A stretch of DNA of 64,000 nucleotides, from contig NW_026262593.1 of the NCBI RefSeq assembly GCF_021869535.1, positions 21,266,001-21,330,000 of the forward strand, read 5' to 3'. The notes beneath the pieces are model-generated. The model ran no database searches, was not told the origin of the DNA, and was given only the letters and a program-made list of their open reading frames with translations. The stretch's first letter is position 1. Each line of letters begins with the position of its first letter. The translations under genes and the position numbers were made by a program. This document shows positions 28,101-42,200 of this stretch, in pieces. Source of the stretch: Mytilus californianus. Taxonomy: Eukaryota.

Positions 28101-30217
28101 ATACTTGAAACTTTTTACAATCTTAAAGTATCTCACTTATAATGCTTATTGGAAATTCCCAGTGCATTGTACTTAACTTTCATCTTTATAAAGGGAGTGG
28201 ATATTAAGGAAACATATTGCATAAGATACCACTAAAATGATGGAAGTGAAGTATTTTGTTATTCAAACACAGGAAAATGCTTGAAGGAGTTTAGGTTTTC
28301 TTAAAATTAAGTGTTTTTGGAAATTTCGTGAGAAAAACTTCCTGGATCTGTCTGTTTATAAAACACCCTTTTTATTACATTTGATTTTGCAGAATAAAAT
28401 TCAAAAGTCTATTAAGTAAAGAATTGTGGATTAGCTGATACATGGTTAGAAGTCTTATAAATATTCTATTTTGTTAAGAATACATAAGAAAATAGAAATT
28501 TGCTTTTGATTCTTGTCTCGACATAGGAATCCTGAGGTAACGACTTAAACTTTTTGTATACAGCTTTATATTTGAGAAGGTAGAAGACCTTGATGATTCT
28601 TAATTTGTATACAGATGCCTTATGTTATGGAGTTTTGGTCTGTCATACTATCAATGTCTTTGACCTCATTTTCATGGTTCAGTGATTGCTTAAAAAATCT
28701 ATAGGTTTTTTATCATGTGAATTTCTCACTTATTATGAGAATAATTATAATTGCAAGGGTCTTTATTACTTTGACCTTATTTTCATGGATCTTGATAATG
28801 TCAATTTTATAAGATATCTGTAGTTAAAGCTTGATCTTAAAGACTTTTAACGTAAAATTCAACCATAATCAGAAAAGCAGGTGGTACATCTCAGTACATG
28901 TATATGCACTCTTGTGGATGTAGGCTTTGTTTGGAGAAGATATAAATTCTGTATACAAAATTCACTTTTGAAATTAAGATTTTAACCATTATAAGAGTAT
29001 TATGCTGATATTTGGTTTGTAATTGTAGAATTAGAAGTACATGTATCGAAGCATATCATATGTGTGTTTTAATCTGATTTATGTACTTTTGACTTTACGT
29101 CTAAGGAACATAGAAAATAAAAGTTTTCTTCCTTCAGTCTTTAGTGTAGATCATGTTACTGAAAGTTGTGAAACATTTCTGATGAAAGGGGAGGGGGAGA
29201 TTATTAAAATGCTAGTCTTTCATATTATTGAAATAAATTGAAATGAATGTTTGATAATTAGCAATACACATTCTGACTGTTGACAGATGTCTTTTTATAT
29301 ATAAAGTTCTATCTAGTTCTATCTAGTTTCCTAATTCAAGGATTCAAAATAGTAAGACATTTTCCAAAATCAAGGACTTTACAATTAAAATTTCATATTA
29401 GTTCCAGAGAACTCCTGCCAGGTCAAGTTTTGCTTATTGTTAATTATACTCTTACTAAAGGGATGGGTATACAGGTTTATCTCTGTCAATGCATCAATCT
29501 GTCTGTATCACTTTTCTGTTGCATTTTTCTCAGCAGCTATTTGTCATAGATTTTTAATAAATGACACCAAGCTTCATCTTTTTATTCAATTTCATGTGTC
29601 ACGTTTTTAGTTCCTTCGATGTTCTTCTTCCTGTATGCCGAAATTTTAAAATTTCATACACATATATATGAGATGAAATTTTATTCACAATTAGTCACCA
29701 ACATTGAATGGGGGTACAGAAGTACATAGTGTATTGTTATGAAATTCCTGGTTTGTGTACATTTTACTAAAAAATGTGAGAACAAAGAAGAACATTTTTT
29801 TTTCTTGTTAAAATGTAAAGTTCCTTCAAACTTTTTAAAAATTACTTTTATTTTAGAATTATCTTATTTTTAACCCCTGTATTTTTTCTGATATTTCTAG
29901 AATGATTCTAGACACAAAATGAAAACTTAAACCAATGTTGAATATTCTAGCTAGTATAACCCATTATACTTGATTTGTATTTATAGCTTCTCTGTGAATT
30001 ATCTGATGTACAGTGGAATGTATGTTGTCAACATGACTGTCAGTATATATATATATAATTGATTTGTATTGATAGCTTCTCTGTGGATCTTATGTATAGT
30101 GGAATGTAAGTGGTCCACATGACTGTCAGTACATATATATATAATTGATTTGTATTTATAGCTTCTCTGTGGATCTTATGTACAGTGGAATGTATGTTGT
30201 CAACATGACTGTCAGTA

Positions 30218-30250
<33 letters not shown>

Positions 30251-33200
30251 GATTTGTATTTATAACTTCTCTGTGGGTGACCTGATGCACCTCTGTGGAT
30301 GACCTGATGTACAATAGAATGTATGTGGTCAACATGACTGTCAGTATATATATATATATATTTTGTTTGCGGTATACTGTCTTTTTCGCCGAATGGCGGA
30401 CGCTCTATAGTGATCAGTCTGTCCGTCCATCTGTCCGTCTGTCCGTAACAAATTGTGTCCGCTCTATATCTAGAGAACCGTTATGATTTCAAAGTTAATA
30501 CTTGACATGTATATTAACCAATACCAGAGGGTGTGTCATAATGTATGTACAACTTCCTATGTCAAAGGTCAAGGTCAAAAACTTTTGTTTTAGTTGACAA
30601 CCCTATGTCCTATGGTAAAGATTGGTCCGATCTATATCTTGAGAACCGTTATGATTTCAAAGTTTATACTTGACATGTCTATAAACCATCACCAGAGGGT
30701 GTGTCAAAATTTATGTACAACTTCCTAGGTCAAAGGTCAAGGTCAAAAACTTTGGTTTCAGTTGACAACCCCATGTCCAATGATAAAGATACAAATTTTT
30801 TGCCACACATTATTCACAGCGGTACCCACAGAGATGGCTCCCATCTCAATGATATCTAGTTGTTTTTTGTTTGGTATTAAATTAATAGTTAAGATCCATT
30901 TTGTTACATCTGGTGATCCGTTTATTTGGCAATCGCCAATGGCAGTCAGGAGGGTTTAAGAACATCCGTTGTTCGACCTGCTAGTCAAATGCGTTTTGTT
31001 AAAATATACTTTTCCACTTTTTAGGTCTTTTGGAAAATGTTGTTTGTGCTGTATTTAGACCCCTCTACCAAGAAATTTGTTTTGCATGCACACGCATAAA
31101 AATTGCGATTTTAATTCAACGCAATTATAGGTTTGAATGTTGTTTTCAATTTAGACTTGTTTATATTTTTTCGTTTGGGCTTGTATTATGTTTGCCTTCA
31201 GGTTTATATGATCCGTTCATCCTATTTCGACTCTTCAAAATTCAAGAATCTATCCTAAATCGTGGTATATTATATGGCCTTCCAAATACCGCTTTGATTC
31301 CTAACATCACTGAAGAGACATTAATTGTCGAAATCAGGATATTGTGTACACATGTTTGCACCTTTTGTTTGCGGTATACCATCTTTTCCGCAAGTTTATT
31401 GTTTTCTGTTTGGTGTTAAATTAATAGTTAAGATCCATTTTGTTCAATTGGTGATCTGTTTATTTGACAATTGCCAATGGCAGTTAGCAGGGTTTAAAAA
31501 CATCCATTGTTAAACCTACTAGTCAAATGTGTTTTGTTAAAATATACTTTTTCACTTTTTAGGTCTTTTGGAAAATTTTGTTTGTGCTGTATTTAGACCC
31601 TTCTACCAAGAAATTTGTTTTGCATGCACACGTATAAAAATTGCGGTTTTTATCCAACGCAATCATAGGTTTGAACGTTTTCAATTTAGACTTGTTTATA
31701 TTTTTTCGTTTAGGCTTGTATTATATTTGCCTTCGGGTCTATATGATCCGTTCATCCTATTTTGACTCTTCAAAATACAAGAGTCTATCCTAAATTGAGG
31801 TAAATTATATGGCCTCCCAAATGCCGTTTCAATTCCTAACATCACTGAAGAGACATTAATTGTCGAAATCCGGATATGGTGTACTAAATTTTGCACCTGT
31901 TGATTGGGGTATACCATCTTTTCCGCAAGTTTATTGTTTTCTGTTTGGTATTAAATTAATAGTTAAGATCCATTTTGTTACATTTGGTGATCTGTTTATT
32001 TGACAATTGCCAATGGCAGTCAGCAGGGTTTAAAAACATCCGTTGTTCGACCTGCTAGTCAAATGTGTTTTGTTAAAATATACTTTTTCACTTTTTAGGT
32101 CTTTTGGAAAATGTTGTTTGTGCTGTATTTAGACCCTTCTACCAAGAAATTTTTTTGCATGCACAAGTATAAAAATTGCGGTTTTTACCCAACGCAATCA
32201 TAGGTTTGAACGTTGTTTTCAATTTAGACTTGTTTATATTTTTTCGTTTAGGCTTGTATTAAATTTGCCTTCGGGTTTATATGATCCGTATATATATATA
32301 TAACTGATTTGTTTTTATAGCTTCTCTGTGAATTATCTGATGTACAGTGGAATGTATGTAGTCAACATGACTGTCATTATATATATATATATAATTGATT
32401 TGTATTGATAGCTTCTCTGTGGATATGATGTATAGTGGAATGTATGTTGTCAACATGACTGTCAGTATATATATATATATATATATATAATTGATTTGTA
32501 TTGATAGCTTCTCTGTGGATGACCTGATGTACAGTGGAATGTATGTGGTCAACATGACGGTCAGTATCTGTTGGAGTAGTGGACAAGATTGTCAGTTTGT
32601 GTCACAAGTTTTCCAGAATACATTGTTACCTAAACATACATGTGATACACAGACAGATTTTGCTCAATCAGGTAACTAAAAAGACAACAATTGATTTCAC
32701 CTTAGTTAAAAGTACTCACAAGTAATGAACATTTCAGCTTAACTAACAATGGAATTCAATGGTAGGATTTTATTTTAAAACAAGCAGCAGGATTACAATC
32801 AAATAAATGAACTTATTGGGAAGTTTAACATGAAATTGGTTTCCTGACTTTATGAATTAAAAACTCTTGTAGGTTGATATGTTATGGATGCATGTCTGTC
32901 TTTGAAAACTATATTATGACTGTAAATTAACCATTTCTGTTTAAGTGTTACTTGGTTGCTGTCTCATTGACAAGTATATCTTTTTATTTGTATGAAATAT
33001 ATGACTGTTTAATTTTTTGTTAAGTACCTTGCAGACATATAATGTAAATTGTGTGGTAATTCAGACTAAACTGATTTGCTTTATTTGGTTTAAAGTGGTA
33101 AATTGTCACATAGTCCAAACCAGCTTTGTAACGACTTACATAGAGAAGTTTAACTCAAACAGTAAAAAAGAAAGAATAATTTAGAAATCTATATTGTTGA

Positions 33201-36200
33201 TCAATTACTCCTTTAAAAAATGGACTCAAAATAATCCAGTTCTTGTAATGGAATGTCAAAATAAAGGGAAAATAGATGGAAAGTTGTCAAGATGAACAGA
33301 AGGAGCATTTGACAGTACTATTTATACCTTTTTTCATTAGTATTTATTCAATATACCTCATCTTGTATGCCTGATGTGAAAAAGAAACTAATTGGTTTTA
33401 TCTGTATTTTTCAGGATTTAGTTATATCAGCTGGCTTAATGACACTGGATATACAGATGCCACACCACTGGTTAGTGATGCCTTAGATGACCTTGAAGAA
33501 GTCCTTGACATAGTCAAGTTCTATGAATCTACTGGTTATACTGTAGTTAATGTCAGTAGTAATGGCTGGAATGATGGTAAGTGCATACACATATGTTTCC
33601 ATAGGAATATCACATACTATATCAGAGTTATGTCCCCTGAACAAATAGATTAGAAGATTTTAAATTTATCAAGAGAACAGGCTTTTGTTTCACACTATTT
33701 GCTCCACTTGTGTATACAATGGTCAAGTTGTGGAAGTTGCTATTTGTTAGAAGTCTTTTTAATGTTTAATAAAAAGAGAGTGAAATAGGTCACTGTTCAT
33801 GCCCTCTTGGAAATTTGATTGTATGATGGAGAAGCTTTCATAAAGGATTTAAGAGTGCTTCAGACAGATTTTTACGCTCTAGATATCTAGATTCATCATT
33901 GCTTTTTACACGATTAAAGTTTTAGGTCATACCTTTGTTTACACTATGAATTGTTTGATTATTTTATAAAAGTCTTCATATTTAATGTTATACATTATAA
34001 GCAATTATATTTTAACAGTGAAATGAAAAATATGTTGAAATCCATTATATTTTTTCATAATTTCAGAATGTGAATTGGGCATGGTAGAGTTACCAGACAT
34101 TTCTCCTGCAGCAAATTGTACTCTTCAGCCACATTGTACTGCTATAGACTGTAGTATTTTCTCACCAAGACTTGGCAGGAGTTTCCATGCTGCTGTAGAT
34201 ATCGATCCTTGTCATGCTCGTATGATGGTGCAGATAGAAAAAATGAACTTCAATGTGGGACTTCTGGAAAAACAATATGGTAAGAAATGTAGAGCAAAAT
34301 GACTAAATACAGGAAGAATGCCAAAGTTACGGACTACACCAATTATTTTTTAATAATACATCACATTAAAATGCCATATTTTGATTGGCTAATACGAGAG
34401 TGTTAATTTACTCTATTACCCTTCATGGAGACTCTTGATCAAGTGTGCGGTTTATTAAATACGGATGGTTGTTATGTACAAGACGTCATAGTTTATAACT
34501 TTGAATTTGAAATTTAATCGACAGTAATAACAGAACATTCAGTATAATAAATTAAATAACACATATTTGAGGGGGTGATAGAGCAGATTGTTACCCCTCG
34601 AAAAGACTTTGTCAACCTTGGCTTCACCTCAGTTGACAATGTTTCTCTCGGGGTAACAATCTGATCTATCACCCTCTCAGCTATGTGTTATTTATATACT
34701 ACTGACTGGGAATGACTTAAACAGTTACATAATTAAGGGATCCTCTTTTAGGAGAGGATCAATTTTCACCAGCTACTGTTAATCAAATAAGTATTACCTT
34801 CTAAATAAATTTGTATTTGTTTTGTTTTGAATCCATTACATCTTTATTTGTTTGTAACGATTGCCATATCATTGTTATGTAAGTCGGATCATTGTAATTG
34901 ATGAAATTTTATGAAGTATAGTCTTGGAAAATTAGATTTACAAAGTCTGATATCTAAACTTGCAGTTAGTTTAGCTAGACCTGAAGTAAATGATATGAAC
35001 AATTAGACCTACAAACTGATTTTTTATCTAGAAAATGCAGCCAAATACTGTCATGTTATGTGTACCTCTGTGATACTGAAATCATGAAAAATAGGAATGT
35101 GCTTATGTTATATTAATAGAATATTAAAATTGTAAGTGTTTGGTTATGATATGGTATTGATATGCTCTTCATGTTTAAATTATATTTTAGGAGATTTGTG
35201 GCAAGTTTGGCTTAGAGGAATTGTTAGAATAGAGTAAGTTGTCTTTTTTTATCACTGTTTTGTAATTATTTTCCAATTTGTGAATGCATAATTACCTGAT
35301 TTTGAATAGGTCATGTAAACTGTATGTGCTAACTTTTTTGTTAGTTTATGACATTTTAACCAGCAAAATTTAAACTGAGATCGTCATTTTCACTATGCAA
35401 TGTCATCATCATACTATTAATTAACATGTAATCCTTTGACAAAATGATTTCATCAATACAAAATTATTGGCTTTGGGTGAAAATATATGAAATTTATATT
35501 TGATTTTTTATACATTTTAGCTTCACCATCAATAACTTACTGAGTGAGAACATGTACTTAGTAAACATGAACTTGAGTGTGTGTTTTGAGTCGTCAGGGG
35601 CATGTGAAGTTGGACCTGTGAACATATTTGTCAACACTTTACTGCCCAAGAAAACTTGTGATTTCTCCAGTGACTTTGTTGTAACAGGTATGCAGAAAAA
35701 ATATGCTTTACAGCCTAACCCATTCATGTGTTAACCAGGTTTCTTGCATGTGGTAAATCCTCTTTTTGATTTATTATGAATAAAAACAAAATAATTTCTA
35801 TCATTGAAACTGAATCTCAGATGGAATATGAAATTTTGATGAAGTTCTGTTGACGACCAATTTCAATGATGATTTAGAAGAAGCTCTTGATTAGATTAAG
35901 AATCAGACAATCAATTTAAGATCTGTATGGTATATATTGTATGAGGAAGGTTTACAATGGGAAAGAAAAATCAGTGAGCTAGAATGATAAGCTTTAGTTT
36001 GCAATGTAATCATGCATTTTGGATTGATTTATATCACTAATGCTAAGAAATGGTAATATTTATAAGTTTATAAGGATTTTTCAGTATACAGGAAATATGT
36101 GATAGGATTATAAAATAATAAAAAATGAATATTAAGTTCAACTGAAATATTTTTAAGAAATATTCAACAAAAGGACATAACTCATTGCAGTAACATTTTT

Positions 36201-39200
36201 TTTTCATTGATTTGGAAGTCATTTTTATACCACCACTAAATGAAAGTGTCTAAAGCATCATTATTGTCTATTTATAAGCCCAATTTTTAACCATATTTGT
36301 GTTAATCACAATTCTGTGTCCACAGTTGGTTTTACAAATGTTTAAGTGTCCTGTTTGACATAATGTGGTAGTATCATGTTGCACAATCATTATTGTTAGA
36401 GGAAATAAAGTCCATGTAGAAAGTCACCAACCTTGTGATATCATAAGGTTAATCGTGTGCAATTAATTCCATTGTTATTTTTTTAGGGTTCTCCTTGGAA
36501 GCAATGATACATACTTATCATTTAACTGAAGTTACCACACTACCTAGCTATTTTGTACAGCAGGTTTTGAACACAGCCAGTGTGTCACAGTATCTACTGG
36601 AGCAGTCTTGTAACAGATTGACTTCACCATTTGGTACGACTTACGACGGATGGATGAAAGGTAAAAGGTTTTTATTTAATTTTTTATTTTTGATCCCCTG
36701 TCAGGAAAGGCATTTTGTTTTAAAAATTTGTAGTGTCTACTAACATTTTACATTAATATTGAAACAAATTTAGCAAAGATGGCTGTTAAAAGAAAGGATT
36801 TTGAACTGACATAGTACAAAATTTTAATGCATTTACAAGTTAAACCTTATTTTTGATATTGTATGTACCTACCAATTTAATCTCATCAAATATTAAGGTT
36901 ACTAAATATTTCTTTATGCAAATTTTTTTTTATGTAGACAAATAAAAATTACATTTCTTTATTTCTTAAGGTTTTTTTTCACACATATTAAAAGTCTTAG
37001 AAAAAAAAGTAAAAATCTTAATAATCAAATCGAGAGAGGGAAATTTAGTGAAATGTTAAATTCTCCATTTCAGCCACTAAGGGCACACCAAAATGTTGTG
37101 ATTGGTCAACTACCTTTTAAATAATGGATATCAATCCAATATGGTAACTTTATTTTCACTTCTGTATATGATCACAGAAATCATCCATAATCCTTTAGAA
37201 TATGAAACAGTAAATGAATACAGTGAGACTGTTGATTGTAAATTCTGCTTTATATTGTTAATAGGTTGTACTACTCAGTCCTTGACACTGGAATATATTA
37301 AACCAACAGAGACAACCTGTTATACGTTACCAGATTGTACAGGGTTCCAGTGTTGTGTAGATGCCTCTGTCATTGGAAGGTCCTTCTTGTACAAAATATC
37401 TGTTGATGCTTGTAAATACAAATTGACTGTCGCCATTGAAGGGCTGGAATATGAACAGAATCTCTTGACTTACAAGTTTGGTGAGTTCAAATGACTGTTA
37501 GAAATAGGATTGATGAATAATTGAAAAATTAAATGATAAAAAGATATGCAAATGAATAAGCAAAAAGAGAAAGGCAGAATTTTTTCAGTTAATCAGGATT
37601 TCAAATGTGTATTTTATTATAAAACTATCTATCCCTACTTACAAACTTTGCCACACAAGCTATTTATAGAGATCAGTTTCTATATTAATTATGCTATAAT
37701 TCCTTTAATTGCAGTTTCTTTTTCAGTTAAGTAAACAGATGATATCTCCTGTATATATAAACGATGTTTCTTGATACATTTCAGGTACACAAGATAAGTT
37801 CTACATAAATGGTGTCTTCAAAATGGAGTAAGTTAACTTTTTTTGGTAAAAATATCATATTTTGCTAAAAGAAATGAAACTGCAACAAACATTTACAACA
37901 TGAACACAAAAGAGAAAGCTTTATCATAACATGAAATCTTTAATTTTATTAAGAAAGTATGGGTTTCTAATGCTATTAGATTGTTTGTTGAATGGGAATG
38001 TTACACCATGCTTGATGAAGATATATGTTTAAAGATGTGACATTCTAATGAGGGGGGAGAGTTTTTCATATAACAGCAATGAAGAAAAAATTACTTTCAC
38101 ATTTATACTTAAAGAGTTGTATGGGCTGTTTGAAATACATAGTAGAATATGATACTAAAAAAAGGAATTAGAAGAGTGTGGATACATATTAAAATTGTGT
38201 ACATTTCAGCTACCAGATAGAGGAATTACCAATAGATGGGTCATACTTGCTGACTGTAACACTGAGTGTATGTTTAGAGGCCAATGCTGATTGTGCTGTA
38301 CAGAGAGTAGTAGCTAGTAGTCTCAAGTTAGACAAACCTACATGTACATCTACTGGCCAGTTTGCCATTCCAGGTAATATATAAATTTATAGCGGGTAAA
38401 GTTGAATGGGCTGAGTTCTTTTTTAAAATCTGAAAGTGACTTAAGTGCAAATTTTGGAATTTTAATGATAAAAATACATTAATTTTTGTTGATTTACTTT
38501 TTCTTGTTGACTGCTATAGGGAAATATTGTACAAATGTCATATTTATTTCACCTATTGATTCACTTCTTCAATGAATGGTTGCAAGTAGTCTAAAGCTTA
38601 ACCAGCTTGTAGTTTGAAAGTTAATGAAAACGAACTTATTTCTGGAAGCTATTCATTTTCACAAGTGCAAAAATAATGCAATTATATTTGTCACGAAATT
38701 TATCAAATTTAGATTTTCATTTAAACAGTTATAAAATCTGGAAAATATATTATCAAAAAGCCACTAGGAATGACTAAACATGAAAAAATTTATCTGCAAA
38801 GTAAGTAGGTTTACTATATACAATGTACCGCAGTCAGTATGCAAAAAAGTAAAATAACAAAAATACTGAACCCCAAGGGAAATTCAAAACAGAAAGTCCT
38901 TTATAAAATGGCAAAATCAAAAGCTCAAACACATCTAACGAATGGCAAACAACTGTCATATTCCTGACTTGGTACAGACATTTCCTTTTGTAGAAAATTG
39001 TGGATTAAACCTGGTTTAATAGCTAGCTAAACCTCTGCAAGTAACACTGTGCTACAGCATAAATGCTTTGGATACTTGCCCCACATTGAAGGTCATATGA
39101 TGACCTTTTGATATAGAATTTTGGTTAAGTTGTGTTGTACTGGTTCACTATCTCTTGTGTCATTATCTTTTTATGAAAATTGTATTTCCAGGATTTTCAG

Positions 39201-42200
39201 TGACAGATTGGAAGGCTAGTAAAGGATTAGGTACATCAGATGAACTGCCAGAGTATGCTGCTTCTCTCCTCATGAGTGATATGAAGATAGCCAAGTACAT
39301 GAAGGAACCACAGTGTATCATTGCATCACCAGGCTGGCAATCAGGAGGTAAGTACATGAAGGAACCACAGTGTACCATTGCATCACCAGGCTGGCAATCA
39401 GGAGGTAATAACCTTAAGATGAAGAACAGTAATTTAAACCTACAAAATTCTCAAAATGAATCTTATTGCCTTCTTGATTCAGAAATACTGACACCATTGT
39501 TCTGAAATTAAGGAATGGTATGAAACAATAATTTTGAATAATAAGCTTTTGTAAAAATAAAATACTATACGTTTTTATCAAACTCTGTTAATGTGAATTC
39601 TTTGATATTCATGGGAATGCAATATATCTGGATTTCTTGAAAAGTTTATAATCACAAATTAGAATACACGACAAAATACTCATTAGCTCCCATCATAATA
39701 ACAAAATATGTGTATTTCTTCAAGCAAGGAAACAACAAAGTTACAAATTTTCTCAGATAATGAAAAGTGATATCAATGAAAATGAATAAATCCACTGAAT
39801 ATTAATCAATTTTCTTTCAATAGCAGTTTAACCGTTAATTTTCTGTTATGACCAACATCACATTTTGACATTTTTGACTTTTTAACAAAGTTTAACAACA
39901 CAATTAATGTTTTAAAACTATATCTTGTTTTGAAAATGTTTTTACAGGTTGTCCTTTGACCATTGACAAGCCAATGCTCCATGACAATGTAACCTGCCAA
40001 GTTACCAGTAGTTGTACTGGTGTTAAGTGTTGTTTGTACACAGAGGAACTTCACCGTAACATAGATGTGCACCTTCTTCTGAACCCATGTGACCAAAGTT
40101 TGTCTCTAACCATGGATTATCTCGAGTACAATAGAAGTTTGTTTGACTTTGACTTTGGTAAGTTAAATTAGTTGTATCGAGATGGATATAAAAGAACTTG
40201 AATGGAAACCTAAGATGAATTTAATTTGTAAACTTATGTAAACGAACAAAGATATTTAGCAGAAGTAATTTAATTTAAGGTTGATAGATAAAAGGTAAAA
40301 TAATAAAAATACCGAACTTCAAGGAAAATTCAAAACAGAAAGTCCCTCAACAAATGGCAAAATCAAAAGCTCAAACACATCAAAAGAATGGAAAACAACT
40401 GTCATATTCCTTACTTGGTACAGGCATTTCCTTATGTAGAAAATGGTGGATTAAACCTGGTTAATAGCTAGCTAAAACTCTCACTTGTTTGCTTAAAATC
40501 TAATGACTAAAATTTCAAGCATGCAGATTTAAGTTGAACAATGAATTAATTAGATAGGCTCAGAAAATGGTTCTTCTAGGATGGAGATTTGAAAAAATAG
40601 ATTAATTAATGCTAAAAATTCTTTACTTTAATGCAAAAGGGGACATTGAAGTGTTTCAAGTAAAAAATGAATGTACTAATTAATCTCAATTGAACAAGTA
40701 TGGTCTATAGAATGTTGTAATCCATTACAGGAAGTTTACAGAAGTTCTACATGGAAAATGTTGTACGAGTAGAGTGAGTATCATAATATGAACAAAAATT
40801 CAAAGAGAAATAATCTCTTAAAACCAAAGTGATTTTTGGATTTCTATATCAAAATGACTGAAATAATATATAAACAGACTTCAAATGAAATACTGCAACT
40901 GTTAAAAAAGAGAAATATTTTAATCAAACCTTTTCATGCAAATAAATATTTTTAATAAACATTTGGTTTTACTTTTATTTGTTTATTATTCACCATTACT
41001 ATATTTCCGTCATAAATGTATTTTGGTGTATATTTGTCTGTCTGTCCATCAACATTTTGTATGATAACTCAAATTTGCTTTTACCAATCTTCATAAAATT
41101 TTAACACAACATTAGGATTGTGTGAAGAAAGCTCCCTTTCTTTTTTGAAAATTTTTAGTTGTATTGTTCCAGAGTTACAGGAATTTACCCCTTAGATTTA
41201 AGGCAATTTTTTACACTTACACCTGTATGCTTGGATTGTTTTCCTCAAAACTTTACTCTATTGTTGAGATTGACAAAAAGAAGCTCCCTTTTAATTTGGA
41301 AAATTTCTTGTTTGTCATTCCAGAGTTATGGGACTTTAAATATCAGACTTAAGTAATTGTTTTCATATTTTGAACCATAACTTGAGTATGGTTGGATTGA
41401 TTTATAGGAAACTTTACTTAGTTGTTGGAGTTTGTGAAAGTAAGATACTGTTCATTTTTCTTATTCATCATTCTAGAGTTATTGGACCTTAACCATCAGA
41501 TTTAATAAAACAACAATTCTTTACATATCATGCACTAGCTCTATTATACTTGGATCAAATTACTACAAACTTTACTCTGTTGTTGGGAACAGTGAATGTA
41601 GACTCACTTTTGATTTTGAACATTTCTAGTTTGTATTTCCAGAGTAATGGGTCTTTTAACAGTCATATTTGATGCATTTTAATTGCCCTCCTATCCCCAT
41701 GCAATTTTTTCTACAGAGCCAATTTACAAACTTCTTATTAGATGCCTTCTTAATATTATAATTTATTCTCATTACAACTTCAATATATCATGCGCTCTTG
41801 ACACAGCTGTTTAATTTCTTTTCTTGTGACAATAGTAATTTCATTTTAAGATATATTATAATATTGTAACTTGCCATACTTTATATTATCAACCAATATT
41901 TCAGTTATGTGATATACGATCTGACCAACGAATTCAAGTACCTTGTTGACATGAATGTCAGTATCTGCTATGAGTCATCAGCACCATGTGAATTAGAATC
42001 AATGATTTTCCATAGTTCCGTCTTGTATAAAAAGCCTTGTCAGTGGAAAACAGGCTTCAGAGATCCTAGTAAGTTAATAATACTGTAAATTCAAAAATTA
42101 TTGCATGCATTTGTTATAGGGATTTTTGAAAAATGGACATAAATGCGAGATTAATTATTGCTAATTCAGGAAAATCTGCATACAGATATATGCATCAGAT

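Larger units (their letters stand above)
29970..32566 (+). repeat. Acceptor + exon-start array (~8 copies) with (TA)n spacers, split by inserted elements
   Basis: 'tgatttgtatt.atag|cttctctgtg..aacatgactgtcagta(TA)n' at 29987, 30076, 30162, ~30265, 32321, 32412, 32508. Confidence 0.9.

Noticed and set aside
29456-29547. Candidate first exon for C1q gene 1 (GTAAG donor on the minus strand)
   Set aside because: The phase-1 frame contains TGA and has no signal-peptide character.
31030-31917. ORFs of 62-129 aa in the 535-bp repeat as a coding gene
   Set aside because: Frames are not conserved between tandem copies and there are no RT or endonuclease motifs.
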